A stretch of 64,000 nucleotides of DNA from Naegleria gruberi. Taxonomy: Eukaryota. Shown here piece by piece: positions 42,134 to 53,338 of the stretch. The notes below the pieces were generated by a model that made no database searches, had not been told where the DNA came from, and saw nothing but the letters and a program-made list of their open reading frames with translations. Numbering within the stretch: position 1 is the first letter of the stretch; each line of letters starts with the position of its first letter. Location of the stretch: NCBI GenBank assembly GCA_000004985.1, contig GG738894.1; one strand, written 5' to 3'. A program made the translations under genes and the position numbers.

Positions 42134-42264
42134 TCAAAGAAATCGTTACACATTCGTGAAAAAATTAATAAAAAAAATAAGAACAAAACCTCTTCTGGTT
42201 CGAGCCTCTGAGTGTTTGGAACAAGTTTTGTCTTCACATATTTTTGTTCCGTAATAATCATCAT

Positions 42265-44167
42265 CATGATGTCCAATAACAATAGTATTTGCAATGGATG
42301 TTCCTCCACAACCACTACCACGATCAATAATAATTCACGTTTCCTCTCTCCAACAGCCTCCTCTGCAGCCAGAAGAAGAGAAACCCTGCTGAGTACTCCA
42401 AAGAAAGCTCCACTCAATTCAGCACCATCATCATCATCAGTTACTCATCCATCATGTAATGTAGCCATGGATGAGAAACAATCTTCATCAAAGAAGAATC
42501 ATCTCATTCATACCCCACCTCCAAATCATCACCATCATCAACATTCAATTATCAAACATACAAATTCTGTACCATCGAAGAGAGGAACACTATTGTACGA
42601 TCCAAAGAATGCTCCATCAACAGTCTCTAAATCAAGTTCTAAAACTACACATCAATTAAAACCACAACCATTGCCTCCTACATTTGCCTCACCTCCAAAG
42701 AGGAATACAACAGTTAATTTCCACTCACCTCGATCAAAAGCTCCAATTCTCAGAACACCTAAATCTCCACCAAATAATTATATTCCTGAAAATCAGAGAG
42801 AGGCTTGGTCTAATTTACAAACTTTGGGTGTGATGAGTCCATATTCTAAGAGCTTATTTAGTCCATCATGTCCAGAAACTCCATTCTACAAGAAACAAGG
42901 TAGATTTGGTAATATTATTCTTCAAACATCACTTTCTAAAATGACAAAGGGAATTATGCTTGATAATGAGGAATATTTGACAGTTGGCTGTTATACACAA
43001 TGTAATATTAGAGTTAATCACAAATGTCTTCTCAAGTTTGATCCTGATTATGATGAAGAAGGTTATCCATGTATATTTTTATGTGTTTATGAAGGAGCAA
43101 GTTTAATCAAGCTTAATGGAGAAATTCTGGAAGGATTAATTGAGGATGATATGGATGGAATTTTGTTAAAACACGACGATGAGGTTAGAATTATAGACAA
43201 GTTGTTTTACTATGAGAATTTGAATCAATACGAAAGAGAAAAGATGAAACTGGTTAGAGAAGTTGTTTCACAATTGCCATTATTTGATGCTGAGAAGGAA
43301 AATCAACCAAATCGTATCAATTCTACACCAAAAAAGGAGAATGTTGATGCTAAAACTGAATTATTCAGCCCTCCTCCAACAGGTTTTCCAACCTATGTTG
43401 ATACCCCTAAGAGAAAACAGTCAATCACCACTAAGAGAACTTCAAACGTTTCTGCTTATGGATTCCAAATGAATGCTACTTCTTTGGGATCATTTTCAGT
43501 TGCCACTGATTCATCCCTTATCTATGATTGCAATAATGAGAATATGACCTCCACAGGTAGAAAGTCTGTATCATTTGGAGAGTCTGAAGTTGTTGTTTAC
43601 AAACCTTCACACGAGCCAAGAAGAGTTTCAGCCAGATTACAAATTGATGACGATCTTTCCACATCTATGAATGATGATTCTACTATTTCTTTTGGATGTG
43701 ATAATTCAATGCACGTTGATGATGTAACCATTACACAAAGTAATTTGACAAGTTTAAGTAACCTTTGCCAAATTATTTGCCTCCAAGAAGACCAACAATG
43801 TACAGTGCAACCTGTAATTGATACTGGAAAGCCACCAGTTCTTGATTGTGATGATATAGATTTATTAATCGATGATACTTTTAGCCAACCAAATGTTGAA
43901 ACTAACAATGTTGAGCCAGTTTCCTCAATGGCTATGGATGAGTCACCGGAGCTTTCCCCAAATAAGGAACCAATTATAGATGAAGATTCTGTTGATGCTA
44001 TTCCAACACCATCAAGCTCTCATTCATCAAAAGCATCCAATTCAAGTTGTAAGAAGAGGACACCACATGTTTATACCTCTTCTGATTCCGAGTCTGATAT
44101 GTCTAGTTGTAAGAAGTCTGTTCTTTCTGAGGAAGATGAACGTTTTCTCAACGAAAGATTTGATTAG
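42265..44167 (+). CDS. hypothetical S/T/P-rich protein (possible frameshifted basic C-terminal extension to 44348)
   Basis: ATGATG at 42265. Low-complexity N-terminal third. Conserved-looking middle 'GRFGNIILQTSLSKMTKGIMLDNEEYLTVGCYTQCNIRVNHKCLLKFDPDYDEEGYPCIFLCVYEGASLIKLNGE'. The +1 frame after the stop encodes KRLREDELEEMNAPKKRKESVRR…RTRVPRRRPKPTQK (NLS-like). Confidence 0.4.
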
Positions 44168-44359
44168 CAGCAATCCAAAGAGATTAAGAGAGGATGAATT
44201 AGAAGAAATGAATGCACCAAAAAAACGAAAGGAAAGCGTGAGGAGAATTCTTGATTTTAGCAACAATAATGAAACGGTTGAGGAAATTGAGGTTGTTGAG
44301 AAACGAACTCGTGTTCCAAGAAGAAGACCAAAGCCAACTCAAAAATAAAACCTTTCGTT

Positions 44360-44629
44360 TTGGGTTGTCTGTTTCTGGCCGACTTACTTTCTAATATTCC
44401 TCCACACCAACCTACTCAAACTAACCCACAACAACCCACCATTCAGCCCACCATGTTTGAAATGCATTTCACACAACAAATTCCAACCACACTTCCATGG
44501 AAAGTGCAATTAACACATGATCCAACTTACAAAGAGGCAACCTTCGGTTATCCCATAACAAACTGTGGGAAGATCTTTCTAATATTATCAGTGATGAATA
44601 CAAGATGGTATTTACTAATAGTGTACTAA
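44360..44629 (+). pseudogene. truncated duplicate of the 5' exon of the gene at 46237 (no ATG, diverges after GYPITN)
   Basis: PHQPTQTNPQQPTIQPTMFEMH…TTLPWKVQ…HDPT…FGYPITNCG parallels PHETNQTNSQQSTTIQPTMIEMH…TTLPCQVQ…HDPT…FGYPITNYG at 46261..46500. Clear nucleotide-level similarity with indels. Confidence 0.35.
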
Positions 44630-44791
44630 TATTGTAATCTATGACAAATTTTAAGCCACTTTTAGTCTATCCTATCTTGTTTACAATAGATTTAACACTT
44701 GTGATCCGTTGTAATCCTTCTTATCACTGACTGTTTTGCAATATTTAAACGAATCAAAAAGACTGATTTTCTTATTCACACAAAAACAAAA

Positions 44792-45766
44792 ATGTCATTG
44801 GAAGGTCTTCTCTATCCTGATAACGGTCATCGTACAGATCGTCTTAACACACTCATTAACGATACATCCTTGTTTTACAATGAGTCCTCTAGATATTTTG
44901 AAGAAATCCAACAAAAGGTAACTAAAGCCAGTACCCTTATTCAAGGTTTGTATGCAAAATTGAGTCTTCCACCACCACCAATGTCATCAATTCAACTTAC
45001 TGTTCAGACAGGTGGTGTAGGAGAAGATACCAAATTTGCAATGAAAGGTGTTGCCAGTTTGATCACAGCCATTGGAGTAGGTAAATTTGTAAGTGCCCAA
45101 CTCGAGAGAGCAGCTATCAGCTACTTGGTAGCCACAGGCAGAATTGGTATTGCAGCATTCGCTCAAGTTGTTGGTTTACCAACTTGGATGAGGGTTGTAT
45201 GTTTCACAGGTGCTGGTGGTGCCTCTATTGTTCTTTCTCTCGTATTGACTGCTGTCATTGATAGTATTGATGGTGCTGTTTGTAGAAGCAACTTGAGAAA
45301 CTCAATTAACATTCAAGTACCTGCTCGTGCCTCAATTTACAAGGCCAACAGATTGAATGCTAAATTGTTCGAGGATCTATCCAACTATGTTGCTGTACTC
45401 AAATCAATGAAACAAAATGGTTGTACAGAGGAACAATTAGAGAATGCACAAAATAACTTTGCACAACGTGTCAAAAAACATGCCAAACAGCTTGACAATG
45501 ATGATCAAGGCACAATCAATAACTTGAAAATCCTCGATCAAGATCGTGCTAGTTGGACAAACGAAGACCCAACTGTTGCAGTACCAATTGTCGTTTATCA
45601 GGACACTTCAAACACCAACATGCAAGCTGTTCAAAATGTTGGTGATGATGTTGTTCCAATAGTTGTTGCTGATAATGCTGCTGAAAAGAAGGATCATGCC
45701 AAGATTAAGAAAATATTGCTCTCACTTGGTTATACTGCTGACCAATTAGAAAAAAAAGAAAAGTAA
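44792..45766 (+). CDS. hypothetical protein with Gly/Ala-rich hydrophobic segments; atypical C/T-ending codon usage
   Basis: 324-aa ORF with ATG. Segments 'GVASLITAIGVGKFV', 'GRIGIAAFAQVVGLPTWMRVVCFTGAGGASIVLSLVLTAVI'. Codons are strongly biased to CTT/GGT/GCT/CGT/AAC/ATC/TTC, unlike neighbouring genes. Confidence 0.45.
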   Translation: MSLEGLLYPDNGHRTDRLNTLINDTSLFYNESSRYFEEIQQKVTKASTLIQGLYAKLSLPPPPMSSIQLTVQTGGVGEDTKFAMKGVASLITAIGVGKFVSAQLERAAISYLVATGRIGIAAFAQVVGLPTWMRVVCFTGAGGASIVLSLVLTAVIDSIDGAVCRSNLRNSINIQVPARASIYKANRLNAKLFEDLSNYVAVLKSMKQNGCTEEQLENAQNNFAQRVKKHAKQLDNDDQGTINNLKILDQDRASWTNEDPTVAVPIVVYQDTSNTNMQAVQNVGDDVVPIVVADNAAEKKDHAKIKKILLSLGYTADQLEKKEK

Positions 45767-46236
45767 CAAGGAAGTGAGACTGATTTATATGAAATTTTCC
45801 AGTTTCGTGTTGAATATACTTTTTGTTCACATTAATATCACAATAAATATTTATATTATATTATATATTGCATAAGTTGCATTGTTCCTTCTTTTGAGAA
45901 ATTAAATAATGCAAATACTTTATCATAAAAGTAACATTGTTCAATGTCTGTATAGTATTGAACGATGCTATTCAACACCGTCAAGCTCGTTCCTCTTATT
46001 CTAACTTTCTAATAGAACTTTATTAGATGAATATCCTTCCTGAAAACTAAATATGAAATTCTCCATTTATACATATTTGGAAATATATTGGTATTCGAAC
46101 TGCATTCCAAATTCATGAATGGAAGGCAAAAAGTTTTTTCTGACATTTCTAGAAAGTGAGTTTGCAAGGCTGTAACACTAAAACCAAGCTTTAAAGTTTT
46201 TGCTATTTGACAGGATAATTTTCAACGACAAACAAA

Positions 46237-47208
46237 ATGAATCCACAACAACCATTATCTTTGTTTCCTCCACACGAAACTAATCAAACTAACTCACAAC
46301 AATCAACCACTATTCAGCCCACTATGATTGAAATGCATGCATCCACATACGAAACTCAAATCATTTCACAACCAATTCATCCAACTACACTTCCATGTCA
46401 AGTACAATCCAAACCAATCAATCCTAAAACACATGATCCAACTCAATTACAAAGTGGCAACCAATTTGGTTATCCCATAACAAACTATGGAGTACCTTTA
46501 GAATATTATCAACAAAATCCACCTCCATTGGCTGGCCAATTTGAAAGATTATTCCAACCAATTCCAGATCAGAAAGGCATTCAAATAACTCAATCTGATG
46601 AAGGTCAAACATTTCTCATTACTGCAATGGTTTGCTGTTGTCCATGTGCAACAGGTTACGTTTTTTGTTCTTCATGTTGTTGTAAAGGAGGAACTCATTC
46701 CATTGGACATACATCATCACCAAGTTGTGATACCTGTGATCGTTGCTGTGATTGCAGTGGTGCTTGTGATACTGCAGCATCATTTATAGTTCTGATCATT
46801 ATGGCAATTATTGCAATTTTAATCTTGACAGCATTAGTGTCAATTCCAATAATTTTACTTGCTTTACCATTTTATTTGTTGTGGAAACTTTACACATTGA
46901 AATCTGTCAAAATTCTTCTCAATGAAGAACGAAGAGAAATTATTGTAACGACAAGAGGAAAATATTTCAAAAAGGATGAAATTCTATCTGAAACAATCAT
47001 TCCATTTCATAATATTTTGGAAATTTCTGTTGTGGAATTGGATAAAAAGCATTTCATTGTTGCCAAATGTAAAGGAGATACCAAGATTAACTTTACTCAA
47101 TTTATTACTGACATTTCAGAAAAGGAACTTCAAAAGGGAGTTCAATTCTTAAAGAACTATTTCTCATTGCACGGTGTTGCTGCATTTCAAACAGCAGAGC
47201 TTCCATAA
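46237..47208 (+). CDS. Cys-rich membrane protein (P/Q/T-rich N-terminus, CCC/CxxC cluster, two TM helices)
   Basis: 323-aa ORF with ATG. 'MVCCCPCATGYVFCSSCCCKGG…CDTCDRCCDCSGACD' followed by 'FIVLIIMAIIAILILTALVSIPIILLALPFYLLW'. Confidence 0.45.
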   Translation: MNPQQPLSLFPPHETNQTNSQQSTTIQPTMIEMHASTYETQIISQPIHPTTLPCQVQSKPINPKTHDPTQLQSGNQFGYPITNYGVPLEYYQQNPPPLAGQFERLFQPIPDQKGIQITQSDEGQTFLITAMVCCCPCATGYVFCSSCCCKGGTHSIGHTSSPSCDTCDRCCDCSGACDTAASFIVLIIMAIIAILILTALVSIPIILLALPFYLLWKLYTLKSVKILLNEERREIIVTTRGKYFKKDEILSETIIPFHNILEISVVELDKKHFIVAKCKGDTKINFTQFITDISEKELQKGVQFLKNYFSLHGVAAFQTAELP

Positions 47209-47404
47209 TAAAATTGTTATTTATGAAAAACAAAGTCACAACTCTGGTCAACCACGAGCAAGGATTATTGTGGATGTTTGGCAACTGAACTAAAGTTCAC
47301 TTTGAATTGCATTCTCACTGTTATCGAAATATATCTAGTCCAAATAATACTTTAAACATTATTAACTAATTTTTGCCTTTGATTATTGATATCTCAGAGA
47401 TTCA

Positions 47405-49276
47405 CTAAACGTGGCATCCAAAGTATTGACACTCCATTCTATAATCAAATAAATCTTGGGAAAAAACAAGATAAAATCCATTCGATTTGATTGCTTCCTT
47501 TTGAATTTCCTTGTCGTTTTGGAATTCTTCATCTACTTTTTTCAAAACTGTACCATTTAATCCAACAGCAAGCTTTACGCACTCTATTGAATCCATCATA
47601 CTTTGTGGTAAAAGTGAATATTTGAATCCTTTTTTAAGGAGCTTCATTAGAAACTCCTCGTCATCATAATAGTCAGATTCTATAATGAAGGATATATCAC
47701 TATAATTGTTGGGATTGAAAAATTCGAGGACAAAATCTCTATCATCCGTAAACATTTCAGGTAGCAAGCCAATATCTAGCTCTGCATTTTTCTTTGCTTG
47801 TATTATAAAGTCTCTATCCGTTTTAAGAAGATCATCTGCATAACGTATCATACTTCCATCAGATTTCAGTGCTGCCATTACAACTTCCTTATCAGATTTG
47901 AAAGTGTCTGCCAATTTGATAATTTTGCCAGTGATTGCCAAGCATTTGAATAGGAATTCTCTATCATCCATCAATAATCTAATAGGGATATATCGGTAGA
48001 TAGATGTATTAAATTTCAATGCTTCTAAAATAAAGTCTTTATCGTTTCTCAACCGACTTGTCACAAATTGGAAAGCATTATCTGTTATTGTTATGCATTT
48101 TAACATGTAATCAGAATTGTCTCTGAGCTCCTCACAATCATAAAACTTGTCATGGAGATAGTTTCTTCCTGATACATGCTCATTTTGTAGAATTTGTTGT
48201 ACGGCTTCAATCATGAACTCTCTATCATTCAACAATTTAGGAGAAATATATTGTATTAAATCAATGTCAAAAAGTAGAGACTTGATAGCTAACTCCTTAT
48301 CATCGTTAATATTATTCAATTGATTCTTCATTTTTTCTTTCATTTCATTAAGGATTTCATGTCTTGTTAATGTACCATTCCTGTAAAGCTTAATAGATGT
48401 CGGATTAAATGCAACAATATCCATAATGAAATTCTTGTCAGTACGTAACTCCTCAGGTACCAAGACCATAGCAAACGGTGTTAGCTTGGCCAATTCGAGG
48501 ATAAACTGTCGATCTGATTTCAATTTGCTTCCCACACAAACACATGCCTCAATAGTAAACTTGAATTTCTTGAATAGATTAATCATAAATTTGTAATCAT
48601 TCCTTAAACGTTCAGAAACCCTCATAAAGTCCACCACTCTCACTGTGCCATCACTTGTAATATTCTGAAGAACATGCTCTTCATCATCCAATAATTCTTC
48701 CTCAGAGAAACAAATCCTATTCATAAAATCTGGTAATTCAAATCCATCCACTTCACACGAGCAGTCCTCATCCTGGTTACGGGTACATGTTAACATATTC
48801 GATACAGTTTCCATACTTTTGGCTAGAATGAGCAAACTAGGTTGTTTCGATTCATCTGATAATTTAATAATCCTGTCCATTATTTCAAATAAGAACATTG
48901 GCTTTCTAAGAATTGGATGCAAATTATTGAATAAATCCTCACTCAATTTCAACTTTCCCGAATTCAATGTATGAATAATAAATTCAGCATCCTTACAAAA
49001 TTCAATCGGAATGTACTTTAAAGGATTTTTCATACATTCATATCGATATTCAAACCACTTAATTTTCCCCTTTGTTTGCATTTGAAATTTGTTATAAAGT
49101 AATTGTTGATAATCAACAACATGACAATGATCAGCATCATCACATCTTGTATAAAAATCATTCAATAATAATATTACATTCTCGGAACGATCATCATGAT
49201 TTACGTGTTCGGAATTAAAATTGGCAATTTTACTTGCTGGAAAATCAAAGGATTTGTGATCGGCTTTTCTTTTCAT
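47405..49276 (-). CDS. DUF4116-type repeat protein
   Basis: 623-aa ORF with ATG. C-terminal repeats 'DKDFILEALKFNTSIYRYIPIRLLMDDREFLFKCLAITGKIIKLADTFKSDKEVVMAALKSDGSMIRYADDLLKTDRDFIIQA'. Confidence 0.5.
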   Translation of the reverse strand: MKRKADHKSFDFPASKIANFNSEHVNHDDRSENVILLLNDFYTRCDDADHCHVVDYQQLLYNKFQMQTKGKIKWFEYRYECMKNPLKYIPIEFCKDAEFIIHTLNSGKLKLSEDLFNNLHPILRKPMFLFEIMDRIIKLSDESKQPSLLILAKSMETVSNMLTCTRNQDEDCSCEVDGFELPDFMNRICFSEEELLDDEEHVLQNITSDGTVRVVDFMRVSERLRNDYKFMINLFKKFKFTIEACVCVGSKLKSDRQFILELAKLTPFAMVLVPEELRTDKNFIMDIVAFNPTSIKLYRNGTLTRHEILNEMKEKMKNQLNNINDDKELAIKSLLFDIDLIQYISPKLLNDREFMIEAVQQILQNEHVSGRNYLHDKFYDCEELRDNSDYMLKCITITDNAFQFVTSRLRNDKDFILEALKFNTSIYRYIPIRLLMDDREFLFKCLAITGKIIKLADTFKSDKEVVMAALKSDGSMIRYADDLLKTDRDFIIQAKKNAELDIGLLPEMFTDDRDFVLEFFNPNNYSDISFIIESDYYDDEEFLMKLLKKGFKYSLLPQSMMDSIECVKLAVGLNGTVLKKVDEEFQNDKEIQKEAIKSNGFYLVFSQDLFDYRMECQYFGCHV

Positions 49277-49456
49277 TTTTTTTAATATTAAATGACAGTG
49301 TCAATCCATTTTCGATAATTGAAATTAATCTGTAATCATTCAAAGACTTGAATATTTGAGAAGATGAATGGTGAAATTGTGAATTTGTGAAACGCTTTTG
49401 ATGATTTGGAACAAAGAGTGGATGCATCCATAGTTTAATTTCCACTAACTTAAAAA

Positions 49457-51776
49457 ATGGAACAACTTCAACTAACAATACAAAAGAAGGTAAAATATTA
49501 TTTAACCATTGCAGACAAGAACCTCCACAAACAAATATCGCAAATGGTAGAAAACGGAGGAGGGATTATTGTTGATGATATAGATGCTAACACGATTATA
49601 GTTACTGACGAAAAGGAAAAAAATTTATTTGATCCGACTCAGCATATGCTAATACAAATGTAAGTTTTAATTGCCAAATTGTTCATCTTTAAGTAATAAG
49701 CGTAAGAGAGAAGAGGATGATTTTGTCTCCAACCAATCTGAGAGGNNNNNNNNNNNNNNNNNNNNNNNNNNNNNNNNNNNNNNNNNNNNNNNNNNAAAGT
49801 ATTCGAATTATGTTTCCACCACCATGGCTAAAGAGGATAGTAAAAACTTAAGTACAGCAACGGTTATGTTTATTGGAGATTGTCCAGGTGTAGGGAAGTC
49901 TAGATTTGCATATGAATTACCTGGTTTTTTGAAACATAAATTCAATTCACCACTGAGATATCATTTTGTTAATTTGGCAATTTGGTTCAATTCAGGTTAT
50001 AATCCAACTATTGAAGAAGCAAAAGACAACCTAATTATATCAACTGCAGCAAGAATGATTTTTAGTTACATTACACATGTCAGATCACATAGTTACAATG
50101 GAAAAATTATGGACGAGTTAACAAGTTTGGCTTTTTATAGGGAAATTTATAATGATTTGCAAAGAAGTGTTTATCCTAATGATCAAACACTTGTAAATGT
50201 AATTTCATGGATCATTAGAAGGGAATCTAATTTTACTGATTTGCCTGTTTGGATACATTTAACCATTGATGAATATAACCAAGCATTTCAGTACATAACT
50301 GATATTTCTATAATTGACAATTGGTGTATTGCTATTTCAAACATTCATCAAACTGTTAAATTTAGCCGTGATCTGTTTACTAATTTACTCACAGGTACCC
50401 ATGTTCACACCATGATGAATCTCAAATCTGTAGAGTCTGGAGGAGAAGCATTTCTCTCCAGAATTACAATTTCTAAATTCAACAAGGAAGAAAATTACCT
50501 TCTTTACAAACAAATGAAAATGCCCTACGAAATTAAGTTGTTAAATGCATATCTAACAATGGGAGGACATGCAAGATTATGTGTAGAATTTATCAAAGAA
50601 TATAGAAACACTAAAAGTATTTCAGCTACCCTAAAGGAGCTTCAAAATGTTGTTGGTAATAGGAAACAAGATAGATTTCAACTGAATTTAAATAGAGATG
50701 AAATTGAATTTTTCTTATCTCTCTGTTTCACAGGTATTACCATTTCAAAGGACTATGTTTTTAACTCCACACCAATTTTACAATATCAGAAGAGTAATAT
50801 TGTACTTATGAAACAAATTTCAACTGACCAAATTTTAATAGAGATACCTCTTTTAATAATATCGGTAATGTTAGAGAAATTATCATCATCATCATTTCTA
50901 AACAAACTGGGTAACTCTTTTGAACATTGGGAAACATTCAATGATAATTTTGATAATTTTGAGACATTTAATCAACAACTATTAGAGACAAAGCTAAATT
51001 GTTTCCAAAAGCTAAAAGCATTGAATGTTATTAATGAACCTATTACAATCAAAGATTTATTTACAATAGATGTTGATTTTCATGATTATATAATTCAATT
51101 AGATAACTCCACTTATTCTTCTGTAACACTAGACAAACAGTATCCAATTACCAATGGTATAACTTTAAGTCCTAATATTATTTACAAAAATGGCAAGTCA
51201 GCTCCTTTCGCTGATTTATTTTCATATTTGAAAGTATGTAAACCAGACAAGAGCCAAACCGAATTATTTTGCTATCTACAAGTCAAACATACAAAAAAAC
51301 AAGCTCACATAGGTTTTAAAGATGATATAGAACCTGAATTAAAAAAACTAGAAAATCAAAAAGAAAAGTTATCCAGTGCTCCTATTTTCATGCTTTTTAT
51401 TAGTAACAGACCTCATCTACAAAAACAACCATTGACAAATAATTATACTCAAAAATATAGTGTAATATACTTAGATAATGGAAAGCGTTACTTTAGCCCT
51501 TTTTCTGATTTATTGAACTGCAATATAGGTATTGAGTTACCAATTAAGGAGTTATCTGTTGATAATTTGAAATATATTTTGGGCAGAAGTTGTACAAAAA
51601 GAAAAAGTTTTCATTTCCGAACATTAGTAAGCGCTATTGGGACAGCTAATGAGAATGAAATAGCTACTATACTTGTACAATTCTGTGATGAAGAAATGCT
51701 CAGTAGTATGCTGAGTTTCGTGAAAGAAAAAGAAATAATCAAGGAAGCATTGGCTCTACTGGTACAATCGAATTGA
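49457..51776 (+). CDS. BRCT-like N-terminal exon + novel P-loop NTPase; exons 49457..49663 and 49707..51776; 50-N gap at 49746..49795
   Basis: Exon 1 (MEQLQL…KKVKYYLTIADKNLHKQISQMVENGGGIIVDDIDANTIIVTDEKEK…) has a BRCT-like pattern and ends ATG|GTAAGT. The 43-nt intron ends …AATAAG. Exon 2 is in frame (RKREEDDFVSNQSER…). Walker A 'VMFIGDCPGVGKSRFAY' and Walker-B-like 'VWIHLTIDEYNQAF'. Long C-terminal region without recognisable repeats. Confidence 0.5.
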
Positions 51777-52428
51777 GATGCCGAATTCATCTCCATGTGA
51801 TATTGATTAGTTCCTTGTACATATTCAGATCTCACAATGAATATAATTTTGTAAGGTTGGCAAAAGGTGATTGAGATCTTTGGGATATTACAAAAAAAGG
51901 TGAATTAATGGCTACTTCTTGTAATGGTTGTTTTTCAATTGGAAAAATTCTGAATGTCGTAGAATTGATTCATTCAACAGTAAGCTCTTGGAACAATATC
52001 AAGTGATGATTTCACACTAGCCGTCATTCAATCACTCCTAGGACAGACCTATGAAAAATTGGAAAAAAAAACAATTCACTTGGCAACCTTAATCAATCAT
52101 TGATTTCCACAAAATCCAATTTGACCTGGAATGTTCAATGTGTTTGTAATATATTGTTATCCATTTACTCAATATTCTAATTTTCTCCAATTTAGAATCT
52201 GAAAAGATATAAAAGTACCAACTAAACCTTCATTCTGTTTTATGATAAAATTACAACAAATTGACTGACGGACTAATGCTGAATTATCTTGAAAAATACC
52301 ACCATTTGAGAATCATCCATCTATGCGTGCTAAATGTCCCTAAAAATACAATGAGGATCATCTGCCAATTTAAAGCGGACTAAACTATTTGTCTCAACAC
52401 TCAACCAAATACAAAAAAAATATTAGAA

Positions 52429-53313
52429 ATGCTATCACAACAAACTAAACACTTTGCTAAGAGATCCTCTAGTGCCATCTTAGCCTATCAACAATTACTC
52501 AACAATTCCTTTAAACTTTCCCATACAGCTCAAACAGTTTCCAATAAATGGGATCATCAACCTTCGGATAAACCAATGTTTACAAAGGACATGGTTCTAG
52601 ATCATTACAAGGCACACATTCCTCTTGCCCAAACTAAATTCCGTGGCTATGGAACAGATGGAATCCACACAAATGTTGAAGAATTAGAAAAATTCGAAGT
52701 CAAACGATCATACAAACCAGTTGACTTGACTGATAAGACAGCTCTTGCAATTATGAAGTTTTTGAGAGTTTTCGTCCATGGATTCTTTGGAAATCGTTAC
52801 ATTCACCATGCAGTTGTCTTGGAAACAGTCGCAGCAGTTCCTGGTATCGTTGCAGGTGGCTGGAGACATTTCAGTTCATTGAGATTGATGAGAAGAGATC
52901 ATGGACATATTGGAGAATTAATGGAAGAAGCTGAGAATGAAAGAATGCACTTGTTAACATGGATGGAAATGACAAAACCAACCTTCCTGGAAAGATTACT
53001 GGTTGTGGGAGCTCAAGTTGCCTTTACTTCATTTTACACTGGTGCCTATTTTGTAAATCCAAGATTTTGTCATCGTTTGGTTGGATATTTGGAAGAGGAA
53101 GCAGTGGGTGCCTATACTGAATTTTTGAATGCTATTGATAATGGAGACATTCCAAATTGTAAAGCTCCAGAAATTGCATTGAAATATTGGAATTTGAAAC
53201 CAGATGCAACAATGAGAGATGTTGTATTGGTAATTAGAGGTGATGAATGTATGCACAGAGATTACAATCATGACATGTCTGATAAACATAGAGCAGGAGT
53301 TGAAGGTCAATAA
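52429..53313 (+). CDS. AOX: alternative oxidase (mitochondrial, di-iron)
   Basis: 294-aa ORF with ATG. Basic/hydroxylated presequence-like N-terminus. Di-iron ligand motifs 'LETVAAVPG', 'ENERMHLLT', 'YLEEEAVGAY', 'RGDECMHRDYNH'. Confidence 0.8.
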   Translation: MLSQQTKHFAKRSSSAILAYQQLLNNSFKLSHTAQTVSNKWDHQPSDKPMFTKDMVLDHYKAHIPLAQTKFRGYGTDGIHTNVEELEKFEVKRSYKPVDLTDKTALAIMKFLRVFVHGFFGNRYIHHAVVLETVAAVPGIVAGGWRHFSSLRLMRRDHGHIGELMEEAENERMHLLTWMEMTKPTFLERLLVVGAQVAFTSFYTGAYFVNPRFCHRLVGYLEEEAVGAYTEFLNAIDNGDIPNCKAPEIALKYWNLKPDATMRDVVLVIRGDECMHRDYNHDMSDKHRAGVEGQ

Positions 53314-53338
53314 ATAAACTCAACCATTCCATTATTCC

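Noticed and set aside
43980-44348. ORF 43980..44348 as an independent gene
   Set aside because: Its first half overlaps the 42265..44167 CDS in another frame. Only the part after 44167 looks coding, so it is treated as a possible frameshifted C-terminal extension.
51777-52428. Possible second C/D snoRNA around 51990..52060 (AGTGATGA … CTGA)
   Set aside because: No terminal complementary stem bracketing the boxes, and the box spacing is irregular. Insufficient support.
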